DNA of 32,784 bases from a virus (Duplodnaviria; Heunggongvirae; Uroviricota; Caudoviricetes), in the IMG/VR virus record IMGVR_UViG_3300045988_138410, positions 1 through 32,784 of that record. One strand, 5' to 3'. Below are positions 26,246-32,784 of the stretch, one piece after another; the first letter of the stretch is position 1; every line of letters begins with the position of its first letter. Position numbers and translations under genes: made by a program. The notes beneath the pieces were generated by a model. It made no database searches and was not told the DNA's origin. It was given only the letters and a program-made list of their open reading frames with translations.

Positions 26246-26608
26246 ATGGCTAGCGAACGCAGTACTGATGTGCAGGCATTTATCGGGGAGCTGGACGGCG
26301 GCGTATTTGAAACCAAAATCGGCGCAGTTCTCAGTGAAGTCGCTTCCGGTGTGATGAACACGAAAACCAAAGGTAAGGTCTCGCTCAACCTAGAAATCGA
26401 ACCGTTTGATGAGAACCGTGTGAAAATCAAACACAAACTCTCATATGTTCGCCCGACTAACCGCGGGAAAATTTCCGAAGAAGACACCACCGAAACGCCG
26501 ATGTATGTCAATCGCGGTGGTCGCCTGACTATTCTGCAGGAAGACCAGGGACAATTACTGACTCTTGCCGGTGAACCTGACGGAAAACTCCGCGCAGCAG
26601 GTCATTAA
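26246..26608 (+). CDS. Hypothetical protein, first gene of early-left operon
   Basis: 120 aa from ATG 26246 with GAGGAG RBS; no family recognised. Confidence 0.55.
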   Translation: MASERSTDVQAFIGELDGGVFETKIGAVLSEVASGVMNTKTKGKVSLNLEIEPFDENRVKIKHKLSYVRPTNRGKISEEDTTETPMYVNRGGRLTILQEDQGQLLTLAGEPDGKLRAAGH

Positions 26609-26673
26609 TATCGTTCTTAATTAACTGATTATTTATCTCATCACTGAATATCTTTATATAGTGAGGACTTATT

Positions 26674-27498
26674 ATGTCTCAGAACTTAGACGCAACCGCA
26701 ATTAATCAAATCCATGCCCTTATTTCTGCTCAGGGTGTTAATGAAATTATCAGTAAGATTGGTGCCGATGCTGTGGCATTGCCTGAGAATTTCCGCATTC
26801 ATGATCTGGAAAAATTTAATTTAAATCGCTTCCGTTTCCGTGGTGCGCTTTCCACTGCCAGCATCGATGACTTTACCCGTTATTCTAAAGATCTTGCAGA
26901 TGAAGGCACCCGCTGCTTTATCGATGCCGATAATATGCGTGCCGTCAGTGTGCTTAACCTGGGTACTATTGATGAACCAGGTCACGCAGATAACACTGCC
27001 ACTCTCAAACTGAAAAAGACAGCACCGTTCTCTGCTCTGTTGTCTGTTAATGGCGAGCGTAACTCCCAGAAGTCACTGGCAGAATGGATCGAAGACTGGG
27101 CCGACTACCTTGTAGGCTTTGATGCTAATGGTGACACCATTCAGGCAACAAAAGCGGCTGCGGCAGTCCGTAAAATCACGATTGAAGCAAACCAGACCGC
27201 TGATTTTGAAGATAATGACTTCAGCGGCAAACGCTCCCTGATGGAGTCTGTCGAAGCGAAGACCAAAGACATTATGCCAGTGGCATTTGAATTTAAATGC
27301 GTTCCGTTTGAAGGCCTGAAAGAACGTCCGTTTAAATTACGCCTCAGCATTATCACTGGCGATCGTCCTGTACTGGTTCTGCGCATTATTCAGCTGGAAG
27401 CAGTCCAGGAAGAAATGGCTAACGAATTTCGTGATCTGCTTGTTGAGAAATTCAAGGACAGCAAAGTAGAAACCTTTATTGGTACTTTCACCGCCTGA
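26674..27498 (+). CDS. DUF2303-family protein (YfdQ-like)
   Basis: 274 aa; size and sequence character recalled from CPS-53 YfdQ; tentative. Confidence 0.5.
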   Translation: MSQNLDATAINQIHALISAQGVNEIISKIGADAVALPENFRIHDLEKFNLNRFRFRGALSTASIDDFTRYSKDLADEGTRCFIDADNMRAVSVLNLGTIDEPGHADNTATLKLKKTAPFSALLSVNGERNSQKSLAEWIEDWADYLVGFDANGDTIQATKAAAAVRKITIEANQTADFEDNDFSGKRSLMESVEAKTKDIMPVAFEFKCVPFEGLKERPFKLRLSIITGDRPVLVLRIIQLEAVQEEMANEFRDLLVEKFKDSKVETFIGTFTA

Positions 27499-27625
27499 TT
27501 TCATTACTGCAAATGCCCCTGCGGGGGCATTTATGGAAACGTAATTGACTCAATAATCGCCGGATGGTGAGGGCTTCCTTTTACCCGAGCTCAGCGCAGT
27601 GCAGCGCATATACGTGGAGAACAAA

Positions 27626-28162
27626 ATGTCATTTATTAAAACTTTTTCCGGGAAGCATTTTTATTATGACAGGATAAATAAAGACAACATCGATATTAAC
27701 GATATCGCAGTTTCCCTTTCAAATATCTGTCGCTTTGCAGGACATCTTTCACACTTCTACAGTGTCGCCCAGCATGCGGTGCTTTGCAGCCAGCTGGTGC
27801 CGCAAGAATTTGCTTTTGAAGCGTTAATGCATGATGCAACAGAAGCATATTGCCAGGACATCCCCGCGCCACTGAAACGACTTCTTCCTGACTATAAACG
27901 GATGGAAGAAAAAATAGACGCCGTAATCCGTGAGAAATACGGGTTACCTCCTGTTATGAGCACGCCAGTGAAATATGCCGATCTCATTATGCTGGCAACC
28001 GAACGCCGTGATCTCGGGCTTGATGATGGCTCTTTCTGGCCTGTTCTGGAAGGTATCCCGGCAACAGAGATGTTCAAAGTTATTCCACTGTCGCCAGGCC
28101 ATGCCTACGGGATGTTTATGGAACGTTTTAACGAGTTATCGGAGTTACGCAAATGCGCATGA
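27626..28162 (+). CDS. HD-domain phosphohydrolase (YfdR-like 5'-deoxynucleotidase)
   Basis: HD signature H..L.HDA.EA; start chosen at ATG 27626 (ORF-track start is GTG); GGAG RBS. Confidence 0.65.
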   Translation: MSFIKTFSGKHFYYDRINKDNIDINDIAVSLSNICRFAGHLSHFYSVAQHAVLCSQLVPQEFAFEALMHDATEAYCQDIPAPLKRLLPDYKRMEEKIDAVIREKYGLPPVMSTPVKYADLIMLATERRDLGLDDGSFWPVLEGIPATEMFKVIPLSPGHAYGMFMERFNELSELRKCA

Positions 28163-28515
28163 ATGTTTTCGAAATGGAAGGGTTTCTTCGCGGGAAATGT
28201 GTACCGCGAGATCTGAAAGTGAATGAAACAAATGCTGAGTACCTGGTACGTAAATTCGATGCGCTTGAAGCTAAATGTGCGGCACTGGAAAACAAAATAA
28301 TACCAGTGTCAGCTGAACTGCCGCCAGCAAATGAAAGTGTTCTGTTATTTGATGCTAACGGAGAAGGCTGGCTAATTGGCTGGCGTTCTCTCTGGTACAC
28401 CTGGGGACAAAAAGAAACCGGAGAATGGCAGTGGACATTTCAGGTCGGGGACCTTGAAAACGTCAATATCACTCACTGGGCAGTAATGCCGAAAGCACCG
28501 GAGAATAAGAAATGA
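28153..28515 (+). CDS. DUF551-family phage protein (YfdS-like)
   Basis: C-terminal HWAVMPKAPE as in DUF551; GGAG RBS. Confidence 0.55.
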   Translation: MRMNVFEMEGFLRGKCVPRDLKVNETNAEYLVRKFDALEAKCAALENKIIPVSAELPPANESVLLFDANGEGWLIGWRSLWYTWGQKETGEWQWTFQVGDLENVNITHWAVMPKAPENKK

Positions 28516-28715
28516 GCGTGATAAAAACTCATACGGGAATTGTTATCACCCGAGACGGTCCGCAGGTAAAAAAACTGCACCAGACAAAGCGGATGTGGGT
28601 CGTCGGAAAAAACGAGTTTTACCACAAAGAAAACGGACGCCGCCACTTTGCAGAAAATACTCGCCGCCGACTGCTGATCGATACCATCAAGCCTATCGAG
28701 GTGAAGCATATTTAA
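28512..28715 (+). CDS. Small basic hypothetical protein
   Basis: 67 aa; ATGA overlap with upstream stop; GGAG RBS. Confidence 0.4.
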   Translation: MSVIKTHTGIVITRDGPQVKKLHQTKRMWVVGKNEFYHKENGRRHFAENTRRRLLIDTIKPIEVKHI

Positions 28716-29082
28716 ACAGAACGAAAAATCTATCGCTCAAATCGCTGAGTATATCCCGCGTGCGTGCCGGGGTATGCAGTTGCAGGAAGCCAAAGCACGC
28801 CTGGAGAAAAAAATTGCGCTCTATATCGATGACGGCTGTGATACTGCCGTTCTTAACGCGGCGTTCGCGCCAGCTCTTAACAGTCATACGCGAGAGTCTT
28901 TTTTTTCGTGCATCGCAGCGCAGATCCGCAAAGGAGGCAGCCAGTGAGTAGGTTCGTAAGGTTACAGATACGTATATCTGAATAATTAAATTCAGTTCTG
29001 TAAATAAAATTTAATCCTTAACCGGAGGGATTCCTGCACCCTCAGAACATCAGGAGACCGCCCGAAAGGGCGGTAATGAAAA

Positions 29083-29550
29083 ATGGCTGAATTAACCAAA
29101 TGGCTACAAAACACGATTACCGGAATTGAAACGGTAGTAGACGATAAATCGTTTGTATGTGATGAAATAGTATTCAAAATCGATGTGGTTAAAAACGTAC
29201 TTACCGCATTTAAAGTCGCGCTGGCATCGCTGGAAGCCGAACCGGTGACATGGCGATATCGCTACGTGAGAAAAGGCGTTACGAACTTTCAGGAGAAGCC
29301 GTGGGTTGGTGACTGGAAATATGTACCGACAAAAGAGGATTGCAACGACAGGCCGAACTATGAAATTCAGGCGTTATTCACGGCCCAGCCTGTGCCACTG
29401 ACACCCGAAGGATTGATTAAAGCGGTGCGCTTCTATGAACAGGTTAAGAGTGAAAATCCGCCAGTCGAAACCGGAGCATGGAAAGACGCTGTTGACTGGG
29501 TGCTCAAAGAGGCTTGTCAGGCTGTAAACATTGGCATCAAAGGAGAGTGA
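29083..29550 (+). CDS. Hypothetical protein with N-terminal module paralogous to 29746 gene
   Basis: N-terminus LTKWLQNTITGIE...LTAFKVALASLEA parallels LTKEWLQNTITSIE...LTALKIALASLAA. Confidence 0.5.
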   Translation: MAELTKWLQNTITGIETVVDDKSFVCDEIVFKIDVVKNVLTAFKVALASLEAEPVTWRYRYVRKGVTNFQEKPWVGDWKYVPTKEDCNDRPNYEIQALFTAQPVPLTPEGLIKAVRFYEQVKSENPPVETGAWKDAVDWVLKEACQAVNIGIKGE

Positions 29551-29551
29551 G

Positions 29552-29743
29552 ATGAACGGACAAATATCAATTGTTCGACCGGGAGCATGTGACGATCGCG
29601 AGATACGAATGATTATTCGTCTGGCGATGGGGAAAACAATAACAGCTCTCATTACTCCTGAAAATCTCGCATTAGCATTAACAGGAAAGTCAGACTTGCC
29701 AGTAGAGCTAAAGCTGCGAAATGTTGAGATTAAGGTGAAATAG
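29552..29743 (+). CDS. Small hypothetical protein
   Basis: 63 aa from ATG 29552 with AAAGGAGAG RBS. Confidence 0.4.
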   Translation: MNGQISIVRPGACDDREIRMIIRLAMGKTITALITPENLALALTGKSDLPVELKLRNVEIKVK

Positions 29744-29745
29744 TT

Positions 29746-30645
29746 ATGAATACTCTTACCAAAGAATGGTTACAGAACACGATTACCAGCATTGAGTCAG
29801 CACGGGATGAAATACCGTTCGGACTCGATGAAGATCAAAACAACATGCTTACCGCATTAAAAATTGCACTGGCATCACTGGCAGCAGTATCGGATGAACG
29901 AGCAGCCTATGAATTATTTATGGAGAAGCGTTTCGGGGAATCTGTAGATCGCCGTAGGGCAAAAAATGGCGATAGAGAATACATGGCATGGGATATGGCG
30001 CTTGGCTGGATTATCTGGTGTCACCGCGCCTCCATGCTTCAGGGTAGCCAACCTGTAAGCCAAACTTACAACTTGCCAGAATTAATCGAAGGCATGGAAG
30101 TTTCCATTGATGTAAGCACTTGTGATGCTGATTTAGGTAATCGCTATTTCGGCACCGTCACCGAGGCGTTAGAACTTGATACTGCCAAGAATGGTTACAT
30201 CCTCCTGGTTCAGGACGCAGAGCCAAACTTCGATATAAATGGCAACTCTCCGGTAATTCCGGATGGTTTATCCACGGTATGCGCTGAGGCTTATCAGGTT
30301 GTAGGAGTTATGGCAGATGCGCTTGGTGTATTCGGTGATGCAGCAGTACAGAAAGTTCTGGATAACCTGTCACAGCAAAAACTTGTTCACAGAGATGTGC
30401 TGCCGTTCTCGCTTCCGGTAACTCCGGATGGTTGGATAAGCTGTAGTGAGCGAATGCCGGAAAAGGGCCAGAACGTGCTCATTTCGGTGAATTTCGATAG
30501 CTCTCTGGTTGAACCGCTAATATGCTCCGCACGCTATACCGGAAGCACTTTTCGGCGCGGAGATGCAACGATTAAGCCGGGTAATGGTATTGAGCAAGCA
30601 ACTCACTGGATGCCGCTACCGGAACCGCCGCAGGAGGTGAAGTGA
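29746..30645 (+). CDS. Hypothetical protein, shared N-terminal module plus C-terminal DUF551-like region
   Basis: C-terminal HWMPLPEPP; AAGGTGA RBS. Confidence 0.55.
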   Translation: MNTLTKEWLQNTITSIESARDEIPFGLDEDQNNMLTALKIALASLAAVSDERAAYELFMEKRFGESVDRRRAKNGDREYMAWDMALGWIIWCHRASMLQGSQPVSQTYNLPELIEGMEVSIDVSTCDADLGNRYFGTVTEALELDTAKNGYILLVQDAEPNFDINGNSPVIPDGLSTVCAEAYQVVGVMADALGVFGDAAVQKVLDNLSQQKLVHRDVLPFSLPVTPDGWISCSERMPEKGQNVLISVNFDSSLVEPLICSARYTGSTFRRGDATIKPGNGIEQATHWMPLPEPPQEVK

Positions 30646-31217
30646 TGAACAACTTAATGATCGACCTTGAGACGATGGGGAAAAATAAGGATGCACCGAT
30701 CGTTTCCATTGGCGCGGTGTTCTTCACTCCAGAAACCGGAGACATCGGACAAGAATTTTATGCGGTTGTCAGCCTGGACAGTGCTATGGAGCAAGGGGCC
30801 ACACCTGACGGCGATACCATCCTGTGGTGGTTGAAACAAAGCCCTGAAGCACGAGCTGCAATCTGTATTGATGATACTTTGTCGATCAGCGATGCACTCT
30901 CTGAACTGAGCCATTTCATTAATCGGCACGCAGACAATACGAAATATTTAAAAGTTTGGGGTAACGGGGCCACCTTCGACAACGTAATTTTACGCGGAGC
31001 TTATGAACGAGCAGGACAAATCTGCCCATGGGCGTACTGGAATGATCACGATGTACGCACGATCGTTACGCTTGGGCGTTCCATCGGATTCGACCCCAAA
31101 ATGGACATGCCTTTCGATGGCGAACGGCACAACGCCCTGGCTGATGCTCGTCATCAGGCAAAATATGTTTCAGCTATCTGGCAGAAATTAATTCCTGCCA
31201 CCAGCACAGAATTATGA
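30645..31217 (+). CDS. DnaQ-like 3'-5' exonuclease (DEDDh)
   Basis: MIDLETMG (Exo I), WGNGATFD (Exo II), H...ALADA (Exo III); AGGAGGTGA RBS. Confidence 0.7.
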   Translation: MNNLMIDLETMGKNKDAPIVSIGAVFFTPETGDIGQEFYAVVSLDSAMEQGATPDGDTILWWLKQSPEARAAICIDDTLSISDALSELSHFINRHADNTKYLKVWGNGATFDNVILRGAYERAGQICPWAYWNDHDVRTIVTLGRSIGFDPKMDMPFDGERHNALADARHQAKYVSAIWQKLIPATSTEL

Positions 31218-31253
31218 TTTTCCCGGGTGCAGCCGGTTTTGATGGAGAAAATT

Positions 31254-31535
31254 ATGAACACCTTGTTTTTACTGATGGCTGAATTCAATACCCCAAATAT
31301 TGAACTCTCAGCAGTTAGCCAAAAGTACTTTGGTATGAGTCCAGCCACGGCAGAAGCAAAAGCAAACGCTTGTAAGTTGCCCGTTCCAACATATCGCATC
31401 GGCACATCACAAAAAGCAAAACGTTGCATCAATATTCAAGATCTTGCGGAATACATAGACAAAAGGCGAGAAGAAGGACGTATCGAGTGGGAACAGGTCA
31501 GAACAGTCAAACAGAAGGGCAAAGAACATCACTAA
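31254..31535 (+). CDS. Excisionase-like / PrtN-family small DNA-binding protein
   Basis: FNTPNIELSAVSQKYFGMS...AEYIDKRREEG pattern recalled from PrtN/Xis-like family; last gene before terminator. Confidence 0.5.
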   Translation: MNTLFLLMAEFNTPNIELSAVSQKYFGMSPATAEAKANACKLPVPTYRIGTSQKAKRCINIQDLAEYIDKRREEGRIEWEQVRTVKQKGKEHH

Positions 31536-31537
31536 AG

Positions 31538-31565
31538 AAAAAACCCGCCTGAAGGCGGGTTTTCA
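31538..31565. terminator. Bidirectional intrinsic terminator (ACCCGCC-TGAA-GGCGGGT, A-run upstream, T-run downstream)
   Basis: Hairpin flanked by AAAGAAAAAA and TTTTC; sits between convergent operons. Confidence 0.75.
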
Positions 31566-31582
31566 AAAAGCACCAGCTATGA

Positions 31583-31756
31583 TCATGCTGCTTTGCGACG
31601 ACGAAGCTTACCCTGCTGCTCTTTACCAGAGACAGTAGCGTGAGTGAACGCATTAGGAGCAGCCTTCATCAGAACTTCAACAGCAGCACCCATACCTGCG
31701 AATGCTTTCATTGTGTCGAACTTAACCTGTGGCTTGGTTGCTTTTTGATCTTCCAT
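31583..31756 (-). CDS. Small 57-aa protein with basic C-terminal tail (below ORF-track cutoff)
   Basis: MEDQKATKPQVKFDTMKAFAGMGAAVEVLMKAAPNAFTHATVSGKEQQGKLRRRKAA; GGAG RBS 7 nt upstream. Confidence 0.45.
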   Translation of the reverse strand: MEDQKATKPQVKFDTMKAFAGMGAAVEVLMKAAPNAFTHATVSGKEQQGKLRRRKAA

Positions 31757-31795
31757 AGAAAACTCCAGAAGTTATACCGAAACAATTCCTGTTGT

Positions 31796-32215
31796 TTACT
31801 CATCATCAATAGATGATACGCAATATTTATTTTTAAATTTAAGGTTCTTTGGCGTAACTTCATCAGATATATCAAAACCGTCCAGAATTCTATTGAATGT
31901 AGCTTCTGGCATATCATCATGAACAGAAATCTCACCCGATTGCTGCTTTCTAACCATGTTATCCACTCGCCAAATTATAGCTTCAGCGTAAACAACATAA
32001 CTTGGATGCTTGATAAAGCGATGATCACCTGAATTCAAGACGCAAGACGGATCGTGGGGAACCCCATCCTTGATACTAGAAATATTAACAACTAAAACAC
32101 AATAACAATCGTTAACGGGGTAATAAACAGGATCATTACAAATCACATGAAGATGATTGCATGGCCCAGTTGGGGCAAGCACAGTTCCTTTCCTGTATGG
32201 CTGATAATCCGTCAT
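31796..32215 (-). CDS. Uncharacterised 139-aa protein, candidate toxin/effector partner of the Panacea-like gene
   Basis: 4-bp ATGA overlap with upstream gene; AT-rich codon usage; no family recognised. Confidence 0.55.
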   Translation of the reverse strand: MTDYQPYRKGTVLAPTGPCNHLHVICNDPVYYPVNDCYCVLVVNISSIKDGVPHDPSCVLNSGDHRFIKHPSYVVYAEAIIWRVDNMVRKQQSGEISVHDDMPEATFNRILDGFDISDEVTPKNLKFKNKYCVSSIDDE

Positions 32216-32784
32216 GATAATTGCAAAGAAAATTCCTTAAGTTTCTGAGATTCTTCCATTTTGCCAATTATGCGATTAGCCTCATCCTCGCTTTTACCCT
32301 CACTGATCAGCATTTCTTTCAGGTCTATAGGCTTACGAGAATTGCCAGGATTGTGCCACTCTGGACAAACGCTTTCTAAATGCGTCATGTTTGCGAGATC
32401 AAATCGGTTCATATGCCCATACAGAGAATAGATTTCATCTAAAATCCGGATATCTGCACGGCTCAACTCATCAAAGACCTCGTCTGCATCCATTTCCCTC
32501 GGATCTGAACGCAACAACACATCATGCCCGTTCGTCTCTATCAAGTTGTACCAGTAGTCACCAATGCCTTCAGCCTTACCACGAATCAAGTTCAGCGTAT
32601 TCGACATGACTGGACCAAATTTCATAGAGTAAAGGCTATCTTCGCCGATCATCCTGCCATGCTTCAAAATCGACTTGCGGTTAGACAGATAGAGCAGCTT
32701 CATCAATTTCAGATATGCCATGCGCCCACCTCGCTTAAGAAGTAGGTATGCAGCCATTTGAGCTACTTTTTCTTCGCAAAACAT
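32212..32784 (-). CDS. Panacea-domain (DUF4065, SocA/PanA-like) antitoxin-type protein; ATG at window edge
   Basis: N-terminus VAQMAAYLLLKRGGRMAYLKLMKLLYLSNRKSILKHGRMIGEDSLYSMKFGPV follows the A-Y-L...KLQKLLY...GPV pattern recalled for DUF4065. Confidence 0.6.
   Translation of the reverse strand: MFCEEKVAQMAAYLLLKRGGRMAYLKLMKLLYLSNRKSILKHGRMIGEDSLYSMKFGPVMSNTLNLIRGKAEGIGDYWYNLIETNGHDVLLRSDPREMDADEVFDELSRADIRILDEIYSLYGHMNRFDLANMTHLESVCPEWHNPGNSRKPIDLKEMLISEGKSEDEANRIIGKMEESQKLKEFSLQLS

Larger units (their letters stand above)
1..32784. mobile_element. Lambdoid prophage segment (tail, head, packaging, lysis, late control, nin/replication, immunity, early-left operon, accessory cargo); both ends outside window
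   Basis: Contiguous lambda-order gene set recognised from translated ORFs; no integrase or att site seen. Confidence 0.9.

Noticed and set aside
31536-32784. Integrase / attachment site directly after the excisionase-like gene
   Set aside because: No tyrosine or serine recombinase ORF is present; the region holds minus-strand cargo genes, so int/att must lie beyond the window or at the other end.

Overview
The whole 32,784-bp window is one segment of a lambdoid (lambda / phage 21 / Rac / Gifsy-like) enterobacterial prophage; neither prophage end, integrase nor att site is in the window. Genes lie in lambda order but inverted relative to the + strand. On the minus strand, reading from high to low coordinates: cro-like (24.8 kb), CII/YdaT-like, Rha-domain protein, replication initiator with internal iterons, a nin-like block (PerC-like, Dam methylase, LexA-DBD-only protein, RusA, KilA-N, DUF968), antiterminator Q with pR'/tR', an orphan DPPY methylase, the lysis cassette (S21-type pinholin, DUF1327, SAR endolysin, Rz with embedded Rz1), a candidate cos site, small and large terminase, W-like, portal, protease-capsid fusion, head-tail genes, and tail genes Z-U-V-G/T-H-M-L. 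On the plus strand: an S24-peptidase CI repressor divergent from cro, then a pL-like promoter, a ~600-nt structured untranslated leader, and an early-left operon (DUF2303, HD hydrolase, DUF551 proteins, DnaQ-like exonuclease, excisionase-like gene). The most interesting locus is at the right edge (31.58-32.78 kb): a visibly AT-rich cargo island, convergent to the phage operon, carrying a Panacea (DUF4065)-like antitoxin-type gene that overlaps by 4 bp an unrecognisable 139-aa partner. I read this as a candidate toxin-antitoxin or abortive-infection module with an undescribed effector. All calls rest on reading the six-frame translations and recalling protein families; no database search, alignment or folding was run. 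Motif coordinates are approximate to within a few bases. Some ORF-track M starts are GTG/TTG, so several starts were re-chosen at ATG codons with ribosome-binding sites.
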